A stretch of 64,000 bases of DNA, taken from Lama guanicoe. Lineage: Eukaryota. The position numbers and the translations under genes were made by a program. The notes under the pieces are model-generated. The model did not search any database and was not told where the DNA came from. It worked only from the letters and a program-made list of their open reading frames with translations. The stretch spans positions 1,302,001 through 1,366,000 of the forward strand of contig MU053881.1 in the NCBI GenBank assembly GCA_013239625.1. The letters run 5' to 3'. Positions within the stretch are counted from its first letter, which is position 1, and each line of letters opens with the position of its first letter. Of this stretch, positions 12,314-25,135 are shown one piece after another.

Positions 12314-13260
12314 GTCTGCAGTCGAGAAAATACAGTAAAAAGCAAAAGGAAATATTTAATGAATTGGGCTCCATCTGTTGTTTAGAGAGTATCATTCTTA
12401 ATGAACTAGATACAAAATTTGTTTCTTAATAACACTTCAAATATAAAACTAGATGAGATTGATAGTATGTCAGCATTTGAGCAAAATTTTAATGATACTG
12501 GTTTGTCATTGAGAAAAAATTAACATTAGATAGTTCAATGGAGTTAGTCTTACTGAAATACATAGCTGATTAATGTCCCTAGTTTTAACTTATGTTTAAT
12601 TATATCTGATTACATACAGCTTAATTCATCCTTCACTGTTAGTGAATATCTGGTATGTACGAGGCAGTTTCACATAGACACTTTCTTTTAATCCATCATT
12701 CATAAACGAGGACCCGGGAAGAAAAATCAGAGATGAAGAAACTGGGACTCAGAGATTAGGTGATGGCAGATTCGATTGACAGAACTCATAACATTTATAG
12801 CCTTGAAACAGCTAAAATGTCCTTTTCTTTAAATTCCTCCCAAGTTTTACTTCCAAATTTCGATTACGAACCATTTATTGAGACTATAACCAAGTGCCAG
12901 GCACTGTAGGATTACATGCTTTACATGAATTTCTTACAGATTTTTAAATGTTAAGTTTTATAAATAACAAGCTTCATTAAGCAGAAGGGGAAAATGAAAC
13001 AATGAGATTTAGCTGTTTGTTTAACATAAACTTTTTCATGTGAATAACTTTATATAACTCACTCAGATTTGTTCTGAATCTCTCTTATTTTCCCAGGATT
13101 ACGCTACTTTTAGGCACTGAAGGATATGCCTGGCAGTTTTCCCTCAATCTTGTAACTGCCTCGCATCAAAATGTGATTGCAATCACTCACAGCTATTGGC
13201 TTGAATGAGATAAGCACGCTGGTGAGATTGCTTTGCACAGGATTCTGTGAAGAGGCTTAC

Positions 13261-13316
13261 TTCCCCCCTGTGCTAGCCAAAATGGGGTCAGTTAGGTCTG
13301 TGACTAGGTATTCTTT
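13261..13316 (-). other. Putative 56-nt non-coding 5'UTR exon of the OR gene
   Basis: On the minus strand: branch-like ccttaac, pyrimidine tract ctctttttcttcttcag acceptor, and donor gaa|gtaagc. Confidence 0.5.
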
Positions 13317-16149
13317 CTGAAGAAGAAAAAGAGAGTCATAGAGAATGGACAGTTAAGGGGTATATCCAAGTGGTAATCCCAGCATTAAGAAACCAGTGCA
13401 GGCGGGAAGAGCCAGGTAGAGCATCGTGGGTGTGGCAGTGCTGAGAGCGCTCACAGTGTTTGGATAGTGGAGGGGAGAGGAGAGGGCTTTTTTGGTAAGA
13501 ACTAAAGCCTGGGGTAAAGAGGAGGAGGATGGGGAGGAGACTGACGGGTTAGTGTCTCGACCGGCTGGGACAAAGGACGTCACAGGCAACAGTTCCAGGA
13601 GATGGGTTGCAGGATGTATGTAATACCGCGACAGCGAAGTATCCTAGCATTTTGAGGGTTAAATGAGTAAAACCAATGTAAAATTCTGAGATCTGAAGCC
13701 ATTTTCTTATAAGATATATTACGGAGGAAAGGCAGTACTAGGCTGTGTCCAGAGCTACTGCAAGAAGGTTCCCCAGGGAAAGCAAGATCAGTGTGGAATG
13801 TAGAAACGGGGTGGGGGGCCAGGGCTGCCTCAAGGAAAGCCCAGAGCAGTATTTGTGCAGCCTTTTCCATCGTGCCCCTGACAGCAGAGGCGGATAGTCG
13901 GGTCTTAATGGTAGCCTGTTTCCTACAATGAAAATGGTAGTGGAAGGGGAAGGAGGTGCAGCAGAATGGCAGTGGGGCTTTTCCTGTTGTCTGGAAACTG
14001 GATAAGGCCAAAAAGAAGTTGATAGGCTCTAAATAACCCAGACCCCATGCTGAGAGAGCCGCCAGCATTAAGGTTAGCCGCTTCTCGTCGATGTTTGCTG
14101 GGACAGTCCTTCCAGGAGCAGAGTCAGCACTACCCCCGACCCCTGAGTCAGTGTGGGAGGAGGACTGGGAGGTGAGAGAGCAGTGATCCTGAGGAGAGAG
14201 GAGTGGGATTCCTGGTCCCCACATCTGAGGGAGGAGAGATCCAGGAAAGTCACTCCAAAGACTGGAGGTGCTCGCATGATGGGGAGACCGTCGTCTGGCT
14301 CCTGGCTTGGAAGAGGTCTGCTTGGCTAATGGGCTTGTTGATCAGCCCTTGTTTTCTCTAAACAGGGAAGGGAAAATAAACGCAGATGGTAGCACTGAGA
14401 TTAGGGTGATGGAGAAGCTGCCCGAGGGCTTGCCGTTCATTGTCACAAGGGCGTGGGACTTTCCCATGTGCTGTGTGGACCCCGTGGAAGGCATCTGACT
14501 GGGACATCTTGGAAATACTTGGGCAAAAGTGATGCCTACCAGGAAAGGAGGTCCCATCAATAAGACACTGCAACACAAACTCCATTTGGGTAAGGCTTTC
14601 AGGAGTTAGAGAGGTTGCGTGAGAGCTGGGTCTGCCACCTCTGAGACCCTCTGGAGGTCCTGGAGAATACTCAGTAAGGAACCCACATAAGGGAGCCAGC
14701 TTTTGTATTGCTGCCTCAGTTGGTGAAGAAAAGCATCAAACACGAACAGAGGAAGGGCAGCTTGCTTACCTGGTCAGGGAGAGTAACACCCTCTGGATTT
14801 CCTCTCTGTCTTTCTTGTCCCAGTTCAGGAAGAGTGAATGAGGAGACCCACGTGAGACATAAACCACAGCCCCCATTACCTCCTCCCCCTCTGCCCCCTG
14901 TCCCCGCCATCGTACTCCAAGCCAAGGGGCACTGTGGGAGGCTGGAACACAAAACACTCAAGTTTTTGAAGGTTTTTGACTACTGAATAAGGGAATTTTT
15001 ATATTGTACAGTGGCTTAAGATGATGAAATCTGTCCAAGATGTTTTATGAGAGCTAGTAATAGAAGATCAGTTACTAGGAAAAAAAAAATACTGCCATTT
15101 CATGGGTTAAAATCCCAACAAGCTGAGGTTCCCCAGTGAATGGTCGCACACTAAATCCCTCTTGCTCTGACTGGTGTTCACCACCCACCTCTGGATTTTA
15201 ATCCAGCCTCCCATGCTGCTTCCCTGTAGAGAGGACGCTCCTACCATCCCCCTTGGAATAATGCGTATGTTCTATGAGGTGAATGTGTTGATGTCTGTTT
15301 CGTGCATTCATCTCTGTGAGTCTCTTTAGAGTGTGATGCTCTCTGAGACGCCTGCCATGTCTGCAGCATTGGGCGTCTGTGTTCCTGGACCTTAACACTG
15401 AGGATGTTTAGTACCCGAACCCAACCCAAGCCAGCTCCCCGCTGTGGGGTTCTGTGTGGCATCCACGTAGCCCCCCTCGGAGACAGCTCTGTTACATGGT
15501 CACAGAACACAGTGAATGAACACAGGAAAGCAACTCACAAAAAGGTAGCGATGAGCAGCAGAGTAGGAGGGTCTTGAATATTTGACAGAAGAGTCTCTTG
15601 TGGGGAGGGAGGGTGGCTCTGGGCTCTGGGTTCTTCTGGGTCAGGATTTCTAGGAGCCTGCAGGCACTGACCCCAGCACCACTGCCCTCAGTTATCTCCT
15701 TCCTTTCCTCTGCTTACTGTTCTGTTTCCACCTTGGAAACAGGCTTGCTCTATTCTTTAAAGGGCAGCACATCCTGAAAGAGGAAAGGCTTGTGTATGTC
15801 AAACCAAGAGATGTTTCCCCTTTGAACTTGGTAAGACGCAGAATTTAGTGTGTCAGTTTCTCCAAATGTAAATGTACGTGTTTGTGTCCATGTGAATCTG
15901 CTGTTGGAGGTAACCGTGCCCTCACCTGCCCTCCCAGCTCTTCTTACCTGGCTGCTCTCTGCTGCGGCGAGATGCTGACGTGGGACCCCTCCCTGCCTCT
16001 GAAGAATCCCTGACTCCTTGCTTGACTTTGGATGATGAGAAAGTCACAGCGAGGATGAGAACTGAGGAACCTTTATTCACTGGAGGAGAGCACTTAGATT
16101 CAGACACTTCCTAGGCCTGGCTCAAATGATAGGGAGCGAAGGCATGGAC

Positions 16150-16320
16150 CTTCCTTCTCTGGAGATTGGGACTCTCTTGGGGATCAGAGCAGCAGTAGTT
16201 GCCAAGTTTGGGTGCCTCTAGGGTGGATTCCCCATAACTCCTCATTAAAGGCACACAGACTAACTGTCCTCTGTCCTATCCTCCCCGGACCCACAGCTCA
16301 GCCCGCGGGGAACTCAGTGC
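16150..16320 (-). promoter_or_regulatory. Putative OR promoter with O/E (EBF) sites and a homeodomain (LHX2-type) site
   Basis: CTTTAATGAG (minus, 16241-16250); O/E-like sites tctctggaga 16156-16165, ctctcttggggat 16172-16184 and gcccgcggggaa 16301-16312; donor cag|gtaaga downstream at 15948. Confidence 0.5.
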
Positions 16321-16839
16321 TCAGACTTGTTACTTCCCTCCGCCTCAAGTACATCTCACGCCCGTGTCGCAGACAAAATATACCTTGTCCCTTGCTCTGT
16401 GCCCAGAATTGACCCAAAGAAAAATTGTGAAGCCAGTGAAACTGGCCCACAGACATTCATAGTATCTCTGTTCTTAACACTTGGCTCCTTCACTGACTCC
16501 CTTTTATATAAGCCTTCAGGACCCTGCACTCTTTTTCAAATAGAAGGTTTCATTTGCTAATTTATAATAAGAAAGTAATGACTAAGAGCAGAACCTCAGT
16601 TCTGTTTTAATCTCTGTAACAGTTGCTATGTCCCTGCATGGAAACCAGAGGTACCACTTAGACATGCTGGCCTGTGGACGGGGGTAGGAAATGCTGGGTG
16701 TGGGGTGCATATGTGGTCATCTAAATACTCAGTATCTGCGGGCTGTTGGAACTTGAGTGTGTATTTCTGAGTTTCTATTTGTGTGCATACACAATGCAAA
16801 ATTTTTACAAGGTGTGTTTTAAAACCCACATTTCAAAAA

Positions 16840-19660
16840 AAGAAAGAACACAATGAAAATGTGTTAGGTAAGCACAATAATTAGAGAACACGGGTGGCAT
16901 TATTAATTGCAGGCAAAGCAGTAATTAAGTTAGCTGTAAGCATAAGTCACAAAAGAGGAATAGTTTATGATAGCAAAGGAAAAACTCCTAGAGCTTAATC
17001 CCAGTTATGAAATATCAAACAAAATAATACAGCAATAGTTTACATTAGGCAGTTTTATAAAAATGTTCTAAAGAAGTTGATTGAATTAATGCCAATGATA
17101 GATTTCAATATATAATTCCCAGAATTTGATAAAGTAGTTAATAAAAAATGTGGCAGAGATTTTGTTTAAACAATGAAGAAATTTGATTTTAAGATATATA
17201 CATATAAAATACATATATTTTCACCTTAAAAACAGAGAATACATATTCTTATTTTAAGCCCAGGGAATAATTACAAATATTGGCCATTTTCTTGGCTACA
17301 AAAAAAACTTTGTAATAGCGTCCCTAAACTTCGATTTCATAGAATACATTCTCTTACAACTTTCATCCCAAGGCCAAAAATTAGAAACCAAAAATCAAAA
17401 TGTAAAGAGAAATTGTTCAATTGATAAAATTTAAAACAGTGTTTTCATAATTCCCATATCAAAAAGAAAATTAAAACAAAATGATTTATAGATTTATAAA
17501 GAAAAATATACAAAAAACTATGGGGAAAATAGTCTTAAATGATTTTATTAATAATAAAGGAATATAAAAACTGAATAAATCAAGCATTTAATCTAGAATT
17601 TTTATTTCAAAATTAGTTCAGTCAAACAACTGCATTAGCAGAGCTTTAAAAGTTAAACAAGTCCTTGAATGAGAAGGCCTCTACCCTTCGTCTCTCCACA
17701 CCAGGCTCCAGCTTCCCAGTGTAAATGCTTTTATGTATTTCTGGAGAGTATGCTTATAGTGCTAGTTTTTGATCATTGATTTGCAGTCCGATTTACTCTC
17801 TTCCCATTTTGACGGGTGGGTCTCACTTCACCATCCCATCTCCTTTTCCTGAAGTCCTCCTGTTAGAGGCACATCACAGTCTGGGGGCGTGCCGGTAGTT
17901 ACTGTTGACATTCGGACTCTGTTATACACTCTTGATGTACTAATCTTATTTTTTTCCTGGTACTTTTGGATGTTCCTGAAGTTATTAATTGCCTATTTTT
18001 TTATTTGCTTAATTTTTATGCCTTTATTCTTCCCATATTCTGAAATTAATTTTTAAGGTTTTGAGTTATAATCAATGGACAATAAACATTACCCACTTAA
18101 GTGGACACTTGAATGAATTTTTGAAAATCATGTAGTCATGTAACCACCACCACAATCAAGATGCACATAGCAGTTTGATCATCCTAAAAAGTTTTCTTGT
18201 TTCCCTTTGCAGCTGGTACCATCCCGTGACCAGATAATCACTGATCTGCTTTCTTCCACTACAGTTTTGTGTTCTAGAGTTGAGTATCAATGGAATTAAA
18301 CAGTGGTCTTTTGTGTTTGACTTCTTTCACTTAGCATAATGTTTTTGAGATTAATCCATGTTGTCAGTGTATCACAAATTTGTTGCATTTATTAACGCTG
18401 TGTTCCTTTTTATGCCTGTGTAGTATTCCATGGTAAGGAGCTCCATAATTTTTATAACCATTCAATGGTTGATGAAAATTGGTTTATTTCCAATTCAGAA
18501 CTATTACATATAATATGCATGTATATCTCTCTATATGTATACAATGTGTGTATAATACCACTATGTACCTTTCTGTATGTTTGTGTGCGGCCATATGTTT
18601 TTATTTTTCTTGGAATGTGATTTTATGGTAAATGTATTTTTAACTTTACAAGATACTGCAACACTGTTTGCAAAAATGGCCGCACAGTTTGCATCCCTGT
18701 CAGCACTGTATGAGGGTTCTAATTGTTCCACATTGTGTATCAGCACTTAGTATTTTCAGTCTTTTTAGCATTAGCCATCCTGCTGGATGTATAATAATAA
18801 TATCTCGTTGTGGTTTTAATTTGCATCTTCCTGGTAACTAGTGATGTTGAGCATCTTATACTTACTGCCCATTTGTATGTCTTCTTTTGTGAAGTGTATG
18901 ATCAAATACTTTGCCCATTTTTATTGGATTGTTTGCCTATTCTTATTGGGTTGTTTTTATTTTGAGTTATAAGATTTTTTTTTTTACATTCTGGATTCAA
19001 CTCTTTTGTCATATGTAAATTTTGCAAATATGTTTTCCCAGTGTCAGATAAAGTTTAGAGTTTGGTTTTTTTCTGTATAAACAACCAGTTGTTCCAGCAT
19101 CACCCACTTGTTGAAAAGCTTTCTGTTTGCATATTGAATTATGTTGGCACCTTTGTTGAAAATCATTCACCAGGTAAGTGAAGCTCTATTTCTAGAATTT
19201 CTGTGTTCTGTTCTTCTCTCTGTTTATCCAGCACCAATACCACGTTGTCTTGATTACTGAATCTTTATTGTAAATGTTGAAATCAAATAGTGTAAGTGAT
19301 CTGACCTTATTCTTATTTTTTGAGATATTTTGGTTATTTTATGTCCTTGGCCTTTCAATATAAACTTTTAAATTGGCTGATTGACTTCTTTTTTTAAAAA
19401 AAGTCTGTTAGGATTTCTATTGGGATTGTATTAATCTCTAGATTAATTTGGGGGAGAATTAACTATTTCTAACCATTTTACTTTTTAAATCAAATTTATT
19501 CTGAATTAAACATTTTTATTTTTATTTTCCAATCTTCCATTGCCAACGTATAGAAACACAGTTGATTTTTATGTTTTGACCTTGTACTCTGAAATTAACT
19601 TGTTAATTCTAAGAATGCTTACATAGATTCCTTTGTCCTTTTTATGTACATAAATACGTA
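16840..19660. mobile_element. Old degraded L1M fragments (+ at about 16840-17620, - at about 18050-19660)
   Basis: A-rich L1-like sequence followed by T-rich L1 3' segments (catgtaaccaccaccacaatcaag; tttcacttagcataatgtttttgag; tggttttaatttgcat). Confidence 0.75.
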
Positions 19661-19667
19661 CATTAAA

Positions 19668-19885
19668 GCAAGAGTCAGCAGGTTTTTGCTGGACGAGGCC
19701 AGAGAGTGAACGCTTTAGTTGTTGCAGGTCTGCTGCAACTTCAGCTCTGCCGTCGCAGCAGGCGAGCAGCCATAGTGAACTTGAGACAAATGATGATGGC
19801 TGTGCTCCAAAAAACTTGCTTTAAAAAAAAAACAAGCAAAGGGCTGAATTTTGTTTATAGGCTGTGCTTTGCCAGCCCTTGTTCT
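19668..19885. mobile_element. hAT-Charlie MER58-like DNA transposon
   Basis: Degenerate terminal inverted repeats (caagagtcagca / ttgccagcccttg) and internal caacttcagctctgcc...gcagccatag. Confidence 0.7.
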
Positions 19886-20481
19886 GGAGTTTTATAGACA
19901 TCAAGTCATATGACATGTATTTTTTTGTCTGGGCCTGGGTATCTTATGACCTCATAGATCTAACTGTACCAGCCTTTGAATACCCACTTCTGAACTTATT
20001 TTGTGTGTGATAGAAGTAAACTATCTGTGTCTGAGCTGCATCTTTTGCTGTTATACGTAGCAGAGCCTAATCCTGACTGATACACATCCATCAGTTGTCA
20101 GTGACTATAGACCTGCCCTGCTGCTCTCAAGCTATCTTGAGGGGGGAAAAAAGAATAAACAATACACAATTTGCAGACTAGGGCTTTAAGAAAAGGCCAG
20201 CAGATCTCAGATGGCTTGCGAATGGACTAAATCATTTGTGACTAAAATGACACTTCAGAGCAATGAATAAGGAAAAACATTTTCAACAAATATCACTGAT
20301 ACAACTGAGTATCCATACCAAAAAAAAACCTTCACTTCTCTCTCACCTCGGATCTAAGATAAAGGGGATGTTTGTCTAATATTCCTTTCTAGAGGCTTTA
20401 TTAAAGTATGAGCCACCTTGACCCATCCCCACATGGCCCCAAATCCACCTTGTGTTCTAAAATAAAGATACAAAGATCTCA

Positions 20482-20805
20482 CGTCATAAGTGGAATCTAA
20501 AAAAAAAATAAATACAAAACAGAAACAGACTCGTAGACAGAACACAAACTTGTGGTTGCCAAGGGGGCGGGGGGTGGGAAGGGACAGACTGGGATTTCAA
20601 AATGTAGAATAGATAAACAAGATTATACTGTGTAGCACAGGGAAATATATACAGGGTCTTGTGGTGTCTCACAGCGAAAAAAAATGTGACAATGAATGTA
20701 AGTATGTTCATGTGTAACTGAAAAATTGTGCTCTACGCTGGAATTCGACACAACATTGTAAAATGACTAGAACTCAATAAAAAAAGTTTAAAAAAAAGAA
20801 AAAAT
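20482..20805 (+). mobile_element. 5'-truncated lineage-specific L1 3' end with poly-A and TSD
   Basis: L1 3'UTR (gtggaatctaaaa...aaacagactc...ctcaataaaaaa); TSD aataaagatacaaagatctca 20461-20481 versus aataaatatataaagatctca 20806-20826. Confidence 0.9.
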
Positions 20806-21923
20806 AATAAATATATAAAGATCTCAAAGTCAAAGTTCTCAGCACTGAGTCAGTCTGGCTTCTGGCCCCACTCTTGAAACTGAGTCTGTTATCCTCCTGC
20901 ATCCTGAGACCAGGTCCTCACCTGGAGTGGACATGTGTTGTTCTTTGCTACCCAAAACACGGAAGGAATGTTCTAATATTCATTTTACAAATGAGGCAGG
21001 TGATACGTAAAATGATAAAATAACTTGCTTTTGGTCACACAGCAAGTAAGCGGTGGTTCCAGAATCTGAACTCAGTCAACTTACAGGGTGTGCTTCTAGG
21101 ATGAGAACATAATCAAGGAGCAGAATTTCTTGGATGTTCAGCATGTTTTGGGTGATCAGTGTTCTCTGCAGGGTCACAGTGGACAAACAGGCGGGGTGTC
21201 CTTATAGGTGTTTCCTGAGGTGTCAGGTGTGCTGGAGGGTCTAAGCGACTTTGGATGGCCAGAACGCCCTGGGATTCAGAGCGTCTTGGGACATTAAGAA
21301 GCCTCTTGATAGTTGAATAACCTAGAAGGCAGATCGTTCTTACGCTTAGAGCAAACTAGTGTTTATGTTGTCCAAGGGAATCAGTGTGTCCTTACAGGCA
21401 CCTGATCCTCTGGAGTCTCAGGGTAGTGTCCAGTGGGATCATCCTGTCTCAAGACGGTAAGCGTGCCTGTGTAGGTTCCAAGACTCTTGTACAATTAGGA
21501 CATCGTAAGTGATCAGAATGCCCTGGTGGAGCAGGGAGGTGTGTACAGGATCCAAAGAGGCCATATAGGACTAGATGAGCCTGAAAGATGAAGGTCACAG
21601 AGTTCGGGAGACTTGGAGAGTCTTGAGAACCCAAGGGTTTAAAAGGACAGCATGTCATGGAGACCAGGGTATTCTGAGCCTCAAGGCATTTTTATCATGT
21701 CAAAACATTCTTGAAGTGTCCTTCTAAAATCTGTAACTTTGAAGTCAGTGTGTCCCAGAATAACAGACTTTTCATAGAGTCAGGGTGTCTTGGAGGTTGG
21801 ACTGGCTGGGTGATACAGAGGCTCCTAGAAGTTCTGGGAGTCCAGAGCTGTCAGGGTTTCCAGGTAGGTCAGCATATCCTGGTGTCTGAATGTATGAAAA
21901 TCAGATATTCTAGGGAGATCAAG

Positions 21924-22452
21924 GACAGATGAATGAATAAAGAAGATGTGATTATAAATACACACACATGTATATGACTATTACTCAACAATAAAAAGGA
22001 ATGAAATACTACCATTTGCAGCAGTATAGATGGACCTAGAGATGATCATACCAAGTGAAGTAAGTCAGAGAAAGACAAATATCATATGATATTGCTTATA
22101 TGTGGAATCTAAAAAAATTATACAAATGAACTTACTGGCAAAACAGACTCACAGACATAGAAAACAAAGCAGAAGTGGGGGGAGGGATAAACTAAGAGTT
22201 TGGGATTAACCTGTACACACTACTGTATATAAAATAGGTAAACAACAAGGACCTACTGTATAGCACAGGGAACTATATTCAGTATCTTGTAATAACCTAT
22301 AATGGAAAAGAATCTGTATGTAAGTATATATATGTGTGTGTGTGTGAATGTATGTGTGTGTGTGTATATATATGAATCACTTTGCTGTACATCTGAAACT
22401 AACACAGCATTGTAAATCAACTATAATTCAGTTTTTGAAATACCAAAAAAAT
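21924..22452 (+). mobile_element. L1 3' end (artiodactyl-type)
   Basis: aaaggaatgaaatactaccatttgcagca...gtggaatctaaaa...gtatagcacagggaactatattcagtatcttgtaataacctataatgg; same type as 3703-4720. Confidence 0.9.
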
Positions 22453-23426
22453 GTTTCTGAAGATTTGGTGTCAAGGTCTCCTTGTGCAGTGAGAGCAGTC
22501 TAAGGGGTCAGAGGGTCCTGGAGGAGCAGAGGATGCTAGGGAGGAATGAGCGTATCCAGGAAGCCAAGATGCTTTGGCAGTTCAGGGTGTGGTGGAGTAC
22601 TTGTAGGGAATGAGAGGCCAGGATTTCTTGAGCGTTAGAATCACTGACTGTATGGTTGTGGTGGGTCAGAGCCACTCTGGACTGTCTGTGTGTTGGAGGC
22701 AGGGAGAGAGTGGTAAGTGACCAGGGTGCCTGCTGAGAAGGCCAGGGCTGGGAGTCAGAGAGTGCTACAAGGTAGGCGGGTCCCGGACCAGATGCCCTGA
22801 TGTGCCAGTGCACAGTGGATGGCCAGGGAGCTTGGGAGATCAGGCTACGTCTTTACTTGGTCCAATTGTCATATGAGTCATGTCTGTGAGATCAGGATGT
22901 CTTCTGGGTTGGGGTTGGAGGGTTTAGTGGTTTTTTAGCGTCAGCATGCCCTTTGTAAGATTAGACCCAACCGGGGTTTCTAAACGGACGGGAAGGAAGG
23001 ATACCCCTGTATGCCTGAATCTCGTCAGATCAGAGGGTTCCTCCTGGGGTCAGAGTTTCCCAAATCTTTACCATGTCCTTGTGGGTTTGGCTGTCCTAAA
23101 GGGTCATAGAGTCATTGTGAGTTCAGGCTATCGTGTAGACTGTAACAGGATCTGAAATATAGTCAGTTTACAATGTTGTGTCCTTCTCTGCAGACTGTAA
23201 GGCATTGAAGTCCAAACTTCTTGGTGGCCCATGTGTCCTAGAGAGTGGAGGTATCCTTTGTGGCCTAGAGATTCAGGAACATGACTGTTAGAATGACTCT
23301 GAGGGCTAGGGTCTGCTGGGGACTGTGTTGATGATGATAACAAAGAAACATTTTCATGTGTGTGCACACTGTGTTCAAGGTGCAGTCCTAAACGCTTCTC
23401 TTGTATGAATTCCCCTCAGGTAGGTT

Positions 23427-24052
23427 CAGTTGAGCCTCGCTGTTTGCAGTCCGTATCTGTGAATTCACCTAGTCCCTAAAATCTATTTGTAACTCTCAGA
23501 CGCAATACTCCTGTGCAGTGTTTTTTTGGCACGTCCGTTGTTCGTCACAGCTGTGCATGGGGCTGAAAATTTTGACTCGCCGCATTCCCAGCTGAGGTTA
23601 AAGAAGACAGCTACTTTGCTTTCTTGTTTTAGCTCCCACTCCGTAAGCGGATCTCTGTTGGTGATCTGTTTAGTGGCAACATTTCATATTTTTGTCTTTT
23701 AGGAGTAATTTTGCTGTTCAAACTGGCCCCCAAGCATAGTGCCGAAGTGCTGTTTAGTGAGACGGCTGTGATGTGCTTTAGGGAGAAAATAATCCTTGTT
23801 GGGGCATGAGTTACAGGGCTGTTGGCCATGAGATCAATGTTAATTAATTTACAACATATATTAAATAAGGTGTCTCTAAACAGAAACACACACACAACAA
23901 GGTTATGTATTGATTGGCTGACAAAAATGGTGTAGTGTAGCCAGAGGCTCACAGGAACCCATTTCCCCTGGTAGCAGTGGTTCAGTATTCACTAATCCAG
24001 TGTGTGTAGGGACTTTGTGGAACATATTACCTTAAATAAGGAGAACAGACTG
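23427..24052 (-). mobile_element. TcMar-Tigger DNA transposon (Tigger4-like)
   Basis: Termini cagttgagcctcg...gagaacagactg; internal cattcccagctgaggtt and ggttcagtattcactaat. Confidence 0.75.
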
Positions 24053-24629
24053 CATTATCATCCCCACATGACAAAGCTAGGACACAGAATGAACCCAGCA
24101 TCACATAGCTGGTGAGTGACACAGCTGAGATTTGAACCCAGGGCAGTCTGGCTCCAGAACCTCTGTTCTTCCCCACCACGCCATCCTGCCTCTTGTAGGG
24201 TGACAGAATCCTGGGTGTCTGTCTTCCCTGAAGGTCAAGGTTGGGGGTGGGAGTCAGGATGCCCTGGAAGACCAGCTTCCTCTAAACATTCCAGCCTCCT
24301 GAGAGAGAACGGTATTCTGAGATGTCACGTCAACTTTGTAGCGTGTCAGTGTCCTTGGAGGCAGGGCTAGTGGGTCAGAGTTTCTTTGTAATATCAGAGT
24401 GTCCTGGGCAGTCAGGCTGTTTTGGATGGTCGGAGTTCCTTTATAGGGTCAGGGTATCAAGGCAACAAGAGTATTGGAATTCAGTGTTTCCTCGTGGGTC
24501 CAAGTTGACGGCATGGGTCTTGAGGGGTCAGGGCTCTCGTGGGGCTCAGGATCCTCTAGGAAGTCACAGTGTATCCTGGGGTAGGGGAGAGGAGTGGGCT
24601 ATTCGGATCAGTGCTTCTTGACTTTAATG

Positions 24630-24980
24630 TTGTTATGAACTGAATGTTGTGTCTCCTCCCAGTTCATATGTTGAAGCCCCAACCCCAATGTGATGCGACA
24701 GCATTTGGAGACGTGGCCTTTGGGAGGTGATTAGGGTTAAAGTGAGACCATGAGGGTGAGGCCCCCATGATGAGATTAGTGTCCTATGGAGAGAAGAGAG
24801 ACTAGGGTTGAGTTTTCTCTCCATCTTGTGAAGACACAGAAGGTAGCTGTCTACAGTCCAGGAAAAGAACTCTTACCAGGAACTGAATCAGCCGATGCCT
24901 TAATCTTGAACTTCCCAGCCTCCAGAACTCTGAAAAATTGGTGTCTTTCATATTTTGTTATGGCAGCCTGAGCTAGGAGA
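24630..24980 (+). mobile_element. ERVL-MaLR solo LTR (MLT1A-like)
   Basis: tgttatgaactgaatg...ttcatatgttgaagccccaacccc...gcctttgggaggtgattagg...ttcccagcctccagaact...ttttgttatggcagcctgagcta. Confidence 0.85.
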
Positions 24981-24994
24981 CAAGTGCACAGTCA

Positions 24995-25135
24995 GTTCTC
25001 CTGGGGGTCTTGTTTCATTGCGGATTCTGATTCAGTAGGACTGAGGTGGGGACCCAAATTGTGCATTTCCAACAAGCTCTCATGTGCTGCTGATACTTGT
25101 GGATCCACAGACCATTTTCTAAGCATCAAGGTCCT
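24995..25135. mobile_element. MER5-like hAT fragment
   Basis: gattctgattcagtaggactgaggtggggaccc...tgcatttccaacaagctc. Confidence 0.7.
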
